Positions 1-9,900 of a stretch of 64,000 nucleotides of DNA are shown here, piece by piece. How positions within the stretch are numbered: the first letter of the stretch is position 1; each line of letters opens with the position of its first letter. A program made the translations under genes and the position numbers. The stretch spans positions 1 to 64,000 of the IMG/VR virus record IMGVR_UViG_3300032242_001192. One strand, written 5' to 3'. This DNA comes from a virus. Below the pieces are notes generated by a model. That model worked only from the letters and a program-made list of their open reading frames with translations. It was not told the DNA's origin and made no database searches.

Positions 1-519
1 AATTGTGATATATGTAATAAGTTTAATAATAGCTTTCCAAGATCATTTAAGTTATCTAAAAACTTTACTCTCGGACAATTATTGGTTGGTAAGTTTGGCG
101 TTAGTTTACAAGCTCAACGAGGATTACAGGAAAAAGATATTGTATGTAACTTAATTCAATTAGCAGAAAATTGCCTTGAACCTATACGTGCAAAATATCC
201 CGATATGCAAATTAGCAGCGGTTTTAGAGTGGGAACAAATTCTAGTGATCATAATATAGGGGGTGCTGCAGACATTGTTTTTCCCAATAGAAGCGTAAGT
301 TCTGTGAAAGATATTGCAGCATGGATAGTGGATAATGTACCTCATCGTCAGTGTTTACTAGAGTATGAAACATACGCAGGAACAGATAAAATTAGAGTAG
401 TTTGGATACACATAGCATTCTTATCTAGAAACGGATATCTAGTAGAATCTAGTTTCCCTCCAGTACAGACATTTGTAAATCACCAAGCAAAGTATAGTAA
501 ATTGGTAAATCTAGCATAA
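1..519 (+). CDS. Peptidase M15A-type (Zn D-Ala-D-Ala/L-Ala-D-Glu peptidase) domain; 5'-truncated, probably C-terminus of baseplate hub gp5-like protein
   Basis: Frame is open from position 1 (AAT TGT GAT...); SGFR...SDHNIGGAAD and WIHI zinc-ligand motifs of M15; lies directly upstream of gp25. Confidence 0.75.
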   Translation, partial: NCDICNKFNNSFPRSFKLSKNFTLGQLLVGKFGVSLQAQRGLQEKDIVCNLIQLAENCLEPIRAKYPDMQISSGFRVGTNSSDHNIGGAADIVFPNRSVSSVKDIAAWIVDNVPHRQCLLEYETYAGTDKIRVVWIHIAFLSRNGYLVESSFPPVQTFVNHQAKYSKLVNLA

Positions 520-525
520 TAAATA
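518..525 (+). promoter_or_regulatory. T4-type late promoter variant (AATAAATA)
   Basis: AATAAATA just upstream of gp25 start at 532. Confidence 0.5.
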
Positions 526-531
526 TCAATT

Positions 532-930
532 ATGGCCCTAACAAAATCAGTTAAACAATTTGTAGATTTGGATTTATCGTTTAAAGTAAATCCTTTTACA
601 AAAGATCTTTATCTAAAAACAGATGAGGATGCAATAAAAACCGCCCTAAAAAATTTAATAAAAACTAAAAATTTTGAGCGCGCCTTTCATCCCGAAATAG
701 GTACTCAGGCACATACATTATTATTCGAACCATTTGGTGCCGCGGTCAATGTTGCTATGAAAAGAACCATTGAAGATACTATTAATACATATGAACCTAG
801 AGTAAGGTTAGTGGATGTTGCAGTAACAGAATCCTCTGATACAAATGAACTTATTGTTACGATTAATTTTACCTTAAAGAATTCGGATAGACCCCTAACA
901 ATTACAACTTTACTAAGTAGAGTACGATAA
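532..930 (+). CDS. gp25: Baseplate wedge subunit gp25
   Basis: DLDLSF...DAIK..L.NLI.T...ER.FHPEIG, YEPRV motifs of GPW/gp25 family. Confidence 0.95.
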   Translation: MALTKSVKQFVDLDLSFKVNPFTKDLYLKTDEDAIKTALKNLIKTKNFERAFHPEIGTQAHTLLFEPFGAAVNVAMKRTIEDTINTYEPRVRLVDVAVTESSDTNELIVTINFTLKNSDRPLTITTLLSRVR

Positions 931-2771
931 TGGCAAATTACAGATTAGCAGAATTAGACTTTGATGATATTAAAGTCAACCTAAAACAATTTCTAACAAA
1001 TTATAGAGATGCAGATAATAATCTAATTTTTAAAGATTATGATTTTGACGCATCTAGTTTATCTATACTACTAGATATACTATCGTATAATACTCATTAT
1101 AATGCATACTATGCTAACATGGTTGCGAATGAGATGTTTTTGGATTCTGCAGTTAAAAAATCATCAGCAATTTCTTTAGCAAAACATTTAGGTTATACAC
1201 CGTTATCCTACAGAAGTGCAAAGGCTAAACTTAGTTTTGTAGTACCGAATCCAATAGATTCTCCTCCAACATTGACATTGCCAAAATTTTCTCCATTCAC
1301 AACGTCAATTAATAATATCAATTATTCTTTTTGTAACTTAGATCCTGTAACAATTAAACCTGTCAATGGCGTTTATTTATTCTCAGATGTTTCTATCGTT
1401 GAAGGATCTCCACTTTCATATACCTATAGAGTAGATGTATCAGGTCCAGATGAAAGATATATTATACCCAATTTAAATATCGATACTACAACCATTAGAG
1501 TAACAGTTCAAAATTCATATTCAGATTTAACTACTGTCACATATACTCAAGCAGGCGGACTTGAAGCAGTTAACCCATTATCCCAAGTATATTATTTAGA
1601 ACAAAATCCAACAGGATATTATGAAATATTTTTCGGGGACGACACAATAGGTAAAAGACTAAAACCCGGTAATCTTGTTAAGATTGAATATTTGATAAGT
1701 AATGGTACAGCCTGTAATGTATCAAATAACATAGAACAAAATTTTTCATTGGGTATTACTATAGGCGGTGTACAAGTAGGAAGTTCTATTCTAGCAACAC
1801 AAAATTCGTCGGGTGGAAATAACGGCGATACAATAGAACAAATTAAATTTAAGGCACCTAGATTTTTATCATCGTTTAATCGTGCAGTGACTGCAAATGA
1901 TTATAAGGCAATTATTGAATCTAATTATCCATTGGTAGAATCCATAGCTGTTTGGGGCGGGGAAGATAATGTGCCACCCAAATATGGAAAAGTTATTATA
2001 TCATTAAAACCATATGCGGGATATACAATTAATACTGAAATTAAAAATAGAATTAAACAGGATATTCTTCAAGACAAAAAGATGATGACAGTTATACCAG
2101 AATTTGTCGATCCTAATTATTTGTATATTTCATTAGATACCAAAGTAAAATTTGATCCTAAGAATTCAAGATATAATGCAAATGAAATTGCTACATTGGT
2201 TAAGGCAAAAATTAATGATTACTTTAGTACAGACTTACAAAAGTTTAATCAAAGTTTCATATATTCTAAGTTATCTAAAAATATAGATTTAGTAGATTCT
2301 TCAATTATAGGTAATATAACTAATTTTAAAATACAAAAACGAATAGCACCAACTGTTGGAACTACAAACATATATACTGGAACTAATGCTATACAATTTG
2401 CAAATCCTTTAATGTCGGGTAGTATTATATCTACTGCATTTTATTATCGAGTAAATACAGATATAAAAACCGTATATTTAAAAGATATGATAACCACAGA
2501 TAATACAAGTACCTTAAATCTATATGATTTTTATACCGATTCTTTAGTGTCAAAAAATATAGGTACTGTTGACTATATGTCAGGCATATTAAAAATACCC
2601 ACATTAAAAGTAGCAGGATATATAGAAAACAATACAGATATACGAATATATGCAAAAATAGAAGAATTAGATATCAATGCATCTAAGGATTTGATATTGG
2701 TTATAGATGACGGAACCTTGGATACTACATCTAAGAAAATATCCGGATTAGTTGTTACGGTAACAGTGTAA
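930..2771 (+). CDS. gp6: Baseplate wedge subunit gp6
   Basis: ELDFDDIK.NLK.FL, DYDFDASSLSILLD.LSYNTHYN, RAVTANDY, WGGEDN.PP.YGKV. Confidence 0.95.
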   Translation: MANYRLAELDFDDIKVNLKQFLTNYRDADNNLIFKDYDFDASSLSILLDILSYNTHYNAYYANMVANEMFLDSAVKKSSAISLAKHLGYTPLSYRSAKAKLSFVVPNPIDSPPTLTLPKFSPFTTSINNINYSFCNLDPVTIKPVNGVYLFSDVSIVEGSPLSYTYRVDVSGPDERYIIPNLNIDTTTIRVTVQNSYSDLTTVTYTQAGGLEAVNPLSQVYYLEQNPTGYYEIFFGDDTIGKRLKPGNLVKIEYLISNGTACNVSNNIEQNFSLGITIGGVQVGSSILATQNSSGGNNGDTIEQIKFKAPRFLSSFNRAVTANDYKAIIESNYPLVESIAVWGGEDNVPPKYGKVIISLKPYAGYTINTEIKNRIKQDILQDKKMMTVIPEFVDPNYLYISLDTKVKFDPKNSRYNANEIATLVKAKINDYFSTDLQKFNQSFIYSKLSKNIDLVDSSIIGNITNFKIQKRIAPTVGTTNIYTGTNAIQFANPLMSGSIISTAFYYRVNTDIKTVYLKDMITTDNTSTLNLYDFYTDSLVSKNIGTVDYMSGILKIPTLKVAGYIENNTDIRIYAKIEELDINASKDLILVIDDGTLDTTSKKISGLVVTVTV

Positions 2772-2772
2772 T

Positions 2773-4149
2773 ATGATAGAAGACGTATTTGTCCCACAAA
2801 AATTATTGGGACCGTTAAAAAAATATGGAGTATCGAAACCTGATACTTACGTAGGAAATTTGGAGGGTTGGTTTTATCCTCTATTTACTACACGCTCCGA
2901 AGCGATACAGGATGATCTCGATAGAGGCGGTAGGGGTATCTATCGAGTTCTTACCTTTTATAGTACAGTTGGAGAATTTTATATTCCCGATAGTTATCAG
3001 AATATTGCAAAAAATAAAGATCCTATCATCTATACCTTATACAATGGTGATGGTGCAGAAAATCCATTCAAAAGAATACAAAATAAACTATCTATTCTAG
3101 TACCGAATCAATTTCCAGAATTCGTACAAGAAGAATATGAGATGTTTGTTACTTTTATAAAAGCATATTATGAGTTTTTAGAACAAGATTATCAGGCACA
3201 AGAAGTACTACAGGATATTACAAAGTATGCAGACATAGATACTACTGCAGAAGAAATGATTGAAAGATTTATTAGTAACTATGCTAACGATTTATCCAAA
3301 TCTAAAATTTCTAATAATCGATTACTTGTAAAAAAGATAAGAGAAATTTATAGTAAAAAGGGAACAGAACCATCTTATAGAATGTTATTCAATATTCTAT
3401 ATAAAGAATCCATAGATTTTTTCTATCCATATGATATTGTATTAAAATCGTCGGACGGTAAATGGACTATACCTGAGGCATTGAGAGTAAAACAATTATC
3501 TGTTCAACAAAATTTATTTGATTTTGAAAATACTATGGTAATGGGATCTACATCAAACGCATCTGCAGTTGTAAGTAAAGTTATTAAAATAGATTTGTCA
3601 GGCAATGATGTGTATGAATTAACATTAGAGCCAGGAAGTATACGAGGTGAATTTTTAAACGAAGAGATTGTGTATGCAACTAAAGTAGTTACATTAAGCA
3701 CAGGCGAAAGAGTTACATCGCAAATAAACGCAAAAACATATTCTGTACTTAGTAGAGTAAAGATTAAGGATGGTGGATTGGGATATGCTAAAGGCACAAA
3801 TTTAAAAGTAACAGACGAAACCGGAATTCTAGCCAGAGCAAAAATTAAAGAAGTTAATAGATACGGATCAATAACTAATATTGAAGTATTAGAGTCTGGG
3901 TTAAATTACTCCGCAAATACTATTATAGATCCTGGTTATCCCACTGTTCCTCTTTTTGGTAAATATGAAATTAAAAAGGGACAAGTCACTGTTACCTTTC
4001 CTTTACCTCATGCAGTAGTAAAAGGAAAAAATATTAGAATAAATTATACAGGCAATATATTCAGTCCTGTAGATAATACTTCTCATACTGCGGTAGTAAC
4101 ATCTATACCAGATGCCAAATCGATTAGATTTAAATATCCAGGATTCTAA
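2773..4149 (+). CDS. Baseplate wedge initiator gp7-like, N-terminal part
   Basis: QFPEFVQEEY..FV.FIKAYYEFLE and YSKKGTE.SY..LF..LY, LK.SDGKW motifs; position between gp6 and gp8. Confidence 0.75.
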   Translation: MIEDVFVPQKLLGPLKKYGVSKPDTYVGNLEGWFYPLFTTRSEAIQDDLDRGGRGIYRVLTFYSTVGEFYIPDSYQNIAKNKDPIIYTLYNGDGAENPFKRIQNKLSILVPNQFPEFVQEEYEMFVTFIKAYYEFLEQDYQAQEVLQDITKYADIDTTAEEMIERFISNYANDLSKSKISNNRLLVKKIREIYSKKGTEPSYRMLFNILYKESIDFFYPYDIVLKSSDGKWTIPEALRVKQLSVQQNLFDFENTMVMGSTSNASAVVSKVIKIDLSGNDVYELTLEPGSIRGEFLNEEIVYATKVVTLSTGERVTSQINAKTYSVLSRVKIKDGGLGYAKGTNLKVTDETGILARAKIKEVNRYGSITNIEVLESGLNYSANTIIDPGYPTVPLFGKYEIKKGQVTVTFPLPHAVVKGKNIRINYTGNIFSPVDNTSHTAVVTSIPDAKSIRFKYPGF

Positions 4150-5634
4150 ATGGCAGCAACATATATTTTATCAACACCTAGTGCGTATGTCAACGAAGGC
4201 GATACGATAACTATTAACTTAAATACTACAAATGTTGCCGATGGTACTCGTGTTCCTTTTGCCATTACGGGAACAGGTATAACAAGTCAAGATTTTGTAA
4301 GCAATCCTTCTCTTATAGGAAACTTTGTTGTATATGGAGGATTGGCTTCAATATCATTTGTAGCAAAAAATGATCTTTTAACTGAATATGACGAAACAAT
4401 GGTTTTGACATTGACAGGCACAGGAAACTATGAACGCATAACTGTAACGATTCAAGATACTTCAAGAACTGTAGTAACATCGATTGTTAACTTTTCGATA
4501 ACTGCAAATCCGCCCATTATAAATGAAGGGCAGTATGCGACCTTCAATTTAACTGCTACCGGATTAACTCCAGGAACGGTTGTTCCATATAGATTATTGG
4601 GAGTAAGTCAAGATAGACTTGGCTATGGAAACGTAACAGGATTATTAACTTTTACTGCATCAAATGTTGTTGGTACTACAGCAACTACTATTTCGTTTCC
4701 GATATTGCAAGATCAAAAAACTCAAGGGCTTTCCTCAGCTGTTTTAGTTTTACAACCAGATTTTGCTTATTCTTTAATTGTATCTGGTTCTGTTACTATT
4801 AATGATACTTCCGTAAACATAGTACCTACATATACTTTGACACCAAATAAAGGTGATGTAAGGGAAGGCGAAAGTGTTACAATAACACTTACAACATATA
4901 ATATACCAGATGGCGATGTATATCCATACCAAATAGTTCCATATCCTACGGAAAAGTATCCTGAGATTGTAGATATAAGTAGATTCAATAATCTAACATC
5001 ATTGGATGGAAAATTTCCACCAATAGTAAATAATACTGCAAGTATTACTTTATCTGTAAGAGATAACTTTATTTTTAATCAACCTACATATTTCTATATA
5101 AGTTTACCTGAGCAAGCAGTAACAGGTCCTTTAATACGAATTTTGGATTCAGGAAATACATTCCTATCGTCCGCCGCAACTTCTGGAAATGCATATGTTT
5201 CATTTTTAGACAAAGCAGACCTTGTTTCTAATATAGGTGGTATTACTATAAAAAATGGATATTGGAAAGACACATCTGGTCAATTATCTGAAAGTATATT
5301 TTTACAGGGAAAAACACCTTTCGCACCTGAAGGATCTGCCGCATATTATCAACCATTTTCATATGTAATTAGGTCTTCTAAATCTATAGAGGAATGGGGA
5401 GATGCAATAAAAACAATGCTACACCCCGCAGGACTTAGTATTTTTAGTGAAATAAATAATGAGACATTGCCGTCTAGCACTCCTAAGATTGTAACTGCTG
5501 CTACAAATGATGCAGAAATACAAACATTTGCTGTTATAACTGCAGATATTTCTAAATTGGATGCAAGTGAAACAGCAACACCAAATATACCCGAGCTAAA
5601 AGTAGATGCAGTATCAGCATTGTATAACCTATAA
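4150..5634 (+). CDS. gp7-like C-terminal part preceded by three Ig/Calx-beta-like repeats
   Basis: Repeats VNEGDTITI.L.TTNV.DGT.VP / INEGQ / VREGESVTITLTT; C-terminal YYQPFSYVIRS..SIEEW....K.MLHPAG typical of gp7 C-terminus. Confidence 0.75.
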   Translation: MAATYILSTPSAYVNEGDTITINLNTTNVADGTRVPFAITGTGITSQDFVSNPSLIGNFVVYGGLASISFVAKNDLLTEYDETMVLTLTGTGNYERITVTIQDTSRTVVTSIVNFSITANPPIINEGQYATFNLTATGLTPGTVVPYRLLGVSQDRLGYGNVTGLLTFTASNVVGTTATTISFPILQDQKTQGLSSAVLVLQPDFAYSLIVSGSVTINDTSVNIVPTYTLTPNKGDVREGESVTITLTTYNIPDGDVYPYQIVPYPTEKYPEIVDISRFNNLTSLDGKFPPIVNNTASITLSVRDNFIFNQPTYFYISLPEQAVTGPLIRILDSGNTFLSSAATSGNAYVSFLDKADLVSNIGGITIKNGYWKDTSGQLSESIFLQGKTPFAPEGSAAYYQPFSYVIRSSKSIEEWGDAIKTMLHPAGLSIFSEINNETLPSSTPKIVTAATNDAEIQTFAVITADISKLDASETATPNIPELKVDAVSALYNL

Positions 5635-5640
5635 TAAATA
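5633..5640 (+). promoter_or_regulatory. T4-type late promoter variant (AATAAATA)
   Basis: Immediately upstream of gp8 start at 5645. Confidence 0.5.
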
Positions 5641-5644
5641 ATAA

Positions 5645-6943
5645 ATGCCGAATATAGTAACCAACAAATTCAAATTAGTTAACGCAAAAAACTTTCTCGA
5701 TAGTTTTAATTCTACGAGTAATGTTTCTTTGTATATGTTTTTATCTAAACCTGGTCCTTGGAATGTAAATGAAGACGTTCCTATCCCAATGGATAATTTG
5801 CAATTAGAACCTAGCATTTGGGATAATATTGTTAGTTTGAAACAAATCACATCTGGTAATATGGTAAACGTTGTTAAACGTATTGATTGGGAATTTAAAA
5901 CTGTATATGCAGAATATTCTCACGATGATGAAAATTTATTGGGAAAAAATTTCTATGTTGTGAACAAGGATCTAGATGTATATAAGTGCATAGACAATGC
6001 GGGCGGATCTGAATCTACAGCACAACCCAGCGGACAAAGTTTAAATATATTTAAAACTTCTGATAATTATAAATGGAAATATCTGTATACAATTTCCACG
6101 TCTGATAAATTAAAATTTTTAACTCCTAATTGGATGCCTGTTAGAAAAAATGATAGTGTAGCATCGGTTGCTGTACCTGGCGGAATTGAAAATATTAAAA
6201 TTTATAATGGTGGTACTAATTATTCTGTATTTACAGATGTTATTATTGAGGGCAATGGTGCAAATGCAGATATAACAGCAAGACAAAACTTGGGAGTTTT
6301 ATATGATTTTTCATATAATAATCCTGGACGTAATTATAGTTTTGTTTCTGCAAAATTAAATGATACTCAGAATTCTGGAAGAGCAGGAAACATAAAAGCA
6401 ATTATTAGTCCTGCGTTAGGACATGGTGCTGATCCTATTTTAGAATTAGGTGCGCATTTTGTTATGCTAAATGTTAAAACAGAATACAATGAAGGATATG
6501 GAGATTTCCCCGCAGGGTTTACATTTAGACAATTAGGTCTAGTAAAAAATCCTAAGAATGTTTATAACACCAATGCAAATACAGCAACATTGAGTGGTCT
6601 AGCAGGTTTAAGACTTACTTCAATAAATGGTAGTTTTTCTAATAATGAATTTTTAGAAGGTCAAAATACAAATGCAAATGCGTATGTAGTCACTTCTAAT
6701 GTTGTTTCTGGTAATGGATACTTAAAATATATACAATCTTTTGATTTGACAAGCAATTATAAAAAATTTAGTATAGGCGAAACTGTACTAGGCAAAACTT
6801 CTGGCGCAACGGCGGTCGTTGCAAATACAATCGTAGCAGAAGTAATAAAAAATACCGGCGATATAATCTATGTGGAAAATAAACCCCCGTTAACTAGATT
6901 AATAAACCAAACAGACAATCTACATCTTGTATTAGAATTTTAA
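5645..6943 (+). CDS. gp8: Baseplate wedge subunit gp8
   Basis: NFYVVN.D..VYKCIDN.GG..ST.QP, TSDNYKWKYLYTI, GHGADP..ELG, GDIIYVEN...R...Q.D...LVLEF. Confidence 0.9.
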   Translation: MPNIVTNKFKLVNAKNFLDSFNSTSNVSLYMFLSKPGPWNVNEDVPIPMDNLQLEPSIWDNIVSLKQITSGNMVNVVKRIDWEFKTVYAEYSHDDENLLGKNFYVVNKDLDVYKCIDNAGGSESTAQPSGQSLNIFKTSDNYKWKYLYTISTSDKLKFLTPNWMPVRKNDSVASVAVPGGIENIKIYNGGTNYSVFTDVIIEGNGANADITARQNLGVLYDFSYNNPGRNYSFVSAKLNDTQNSGRAGNIKAIISPALGHGADPILELGAHFVMLNVKTEYNEGYGDFPAGFTFRQLGLVKNPKNVYNTNANTATLSGLAGLRLTSINGSFSNNEFLEGQNTNANAYVVTSNVVSGNGYLKYIQSFDLTSNYKKFSIGETVLGKTSGATAVVANTIVAEVIKNTGDIIYVENKPPLTRLINQTDNLHLVLEF

Positions 6944-6952
6944 GGAAAAGAT

Positions 6953-9900
6953 ATGGCGGATTTAACAAGTGTTTCACCTTACTTTGATGACTTTGACGCA
7001 ACCAAAAATTACGTTAAGGTATTGTTCAAGCCAGGTGTTGCAGTACAATCTAGAGAATTGACGCAATCTCAAAGTATATTACAAAATCAAATAAAGCAAG
7101 TTGGGGATTTTCTATTTACAGATTCTGATAAAGTTTTAGGTCCTAAACCTATAGTAAATCTCAATGTAAGAAACATTAGATTAAATTCTTTGGATAATAG
7201 AGGCGTTCCAATAAATGTAAATGATTTTCTAGGTACATATGTAACAGGCGGAACAACTAAGAATTTGATTGGATATGTAGAATTTGTATATTCTGCAGAT
7301 GATCCTAATTTAGGAGATCCTCCATCTATAGTAATATCTTTAAAGAAATTCAATTCTACAAATAATGGAATGTTTGGTGCATCTGATGCTGAGGATTTAT
7401 ATTTTTATACAGATTACACTGATGCATTAAATGAGGCAACACCTAACTTTAAAGCAAGAACAACTACAGATATTACAAAGAATGCAATATCTACAATATC
7501 ACCATATTCTAGATCTATAACATTTACTAATCCAACTACATTAATTTCAGTTGGGGATTTAGTTGTTCATCCGTTATTAACTACTCCTTTATATGTGACG
7601 GAAATAGTTAATACTTTAGAAGTGCTTGTTAATAATGAACCAGGTGTTGTAATTGGGGGAGAGACAGTTTCATTTGTAACTAAAGCATGCAATCCAACTT
7701 CCATTGTTACACAAGACATTGCTACATTTTATAAGTACGGTTACTTTGTACAAAATACTTTATCTAAAATTGTACCCGATAAAACAACCGCATACCCTAC
7801 AAAATTAATAGCATTTTTATCTAATCAACAAATTATTACTAGTGAAGATGATCCTTCGTTGTTAGATCCCGCTTTTGAAAGTTCTAATTATTTTGCATCA
7901 GGTGCAGATAGATTAAAAATAGAACTGTCCTTAGCAAGTATAGATATACAAAAGAAAAGTATAACTGATTATATAAACACAGGAAATACAACGGGCAAGG
8001 ATATAATTCCTTTACTTAATTTTAATCGAGGGGATATAGAATATCTAAGAGAACTGTCCGTAGATAGTAATCTCGAGAAAAAACTTGCAGAAAGAACATA
8101 TGATCAATCTGGTAGTTATGTTGTAGATCAATTTCATATTACTCCAGGAATAACATATTCTAATAATCCAAATTTACAGTTTAAAATAGGACCAGGTAAA
8201 GCTTATGTGGGCGGATATCCAGTAAAAACAGTAGGAACTACTAATTTTGCTATACCTAAATCTAATAAAACAGAAACGAAAGTTGGATATAATATTAATA
8301 CATTTCAAGGAAATTATTTAAAAGTTTCTAATGTAAAGTATCTTTTAGTTCCTCCGCAAACAACAAATGCAAGTTATAGTTTTTTAGAATTACATAACGT
8401 TAGAAATCCTGCAAATGCAACTACAAGAGTAGGAACAGTCAGTTTTAAAGATTTAGAATATGACACATCTTTGGGGCAGGATACTATATTCAAATTCTTT
8501 TATAACTATTATGCGCCTGTAGCTGAAGCTCCAGCATCTTGGTCTGCATGGTCAACAAAATATAATATACCTTCGGACGAAGGACAATATATTGCAAACG
8601 CATTATACACAAATAATGATTTATTAGGTAACTATGGTACAGCTAGCACACCTCACTATGGTTTATTCAGAGAACCAGATGTTGCAGGAGTAGCTTTTTG
8701 GTGGAGCTATTGGAATTCTAATGGAAGAGATATTGCAAAAGTAAAAGAAGCATTTGCAATTACTGCGGAAAAGAGTAGTACAAGTGATTCCGCAAGAGTT
8801 TTATCAAATACTAAATCATATCTTCAAGTCATAAACAATAGCCCATTTATAGATGGGTTATTGAATGTACAACAGGTAAAAAGTATTGTGGGTGTTGCAA
8901 ATGAACTTACTAGTCAAGGTACATCTGCGACTTATGGTTCTCCATTCTTTTATGCGGATATAGCAGATCCTGCAGGTTTAGATAGTTCTAATAACATTAA
9001 AATATTTGATCCAATATCTGCGGATAAATTAGTATATGATATAAACAAAAAATATGTAACTACATTACGAAATATTAGAACACAATATAATAAAGTTTAT
9101 AATAACGCGATATTTGCAGGTGGAACTTATAGTAAAACACTTTCATTACCAGAAACACTTGCGGTAGGAGATGGAACTATTCCCTCAAGCACAGCAAGAT
9201 CAAATTTCGTTGTATTAGTTAAATCCGGGGCAACATCAAATGTCAAATTAGGAGCATTTAACTTTGAAAGAGGATCTGTAGTAGTTACAGGATCGGGAGC
9301 AACAGTTTCATTTGATTTAGGCGATCCTTCATTTACTGGGGTAGCAGATATCCTATTAAAAATACAAAATGATAATACTCAAATTAGAACAAAAACTTTA
9401 GTTCAAAATGCAATAGTTAATATAGAAGTAAATGCAGCCGAAAAAGAATATAGTTTAGGTATAGCAGACATATATCGTTTTGGAGGAATTTATAAATTAT
9501 CAAATATTGCAAAATATAGAGGTACCTGGTCTTCTGGAACAAATTATAGTTATGAAGATGTAGTGTTAAATTATGGATACATGTATAAATCAATTTATCC
9601 GTCTTCCAATGTTTCAGTGTATAATGCAAACGTATGGTCTCCAATTCCAGCATTATCTTCAAATAATTATGTTTTAAATGATGGCCAAAGAGATAATTTT
9701 TATGATCATGCTTCTATAAAGTATATAGGCGGTACTTCAAGTATACCTGGAAATGTATTAGTAACATTTTCATATTTTAATCATACAGGCGAAGGGCCTT
9801 TAACTGCAGAATCTTATAGTGCAAATTTATACTCAGCAATACCTACATATAAATCTGTTACTGATAGTAGAGAATATAGTTTAAGAGATTCTATAGATTT

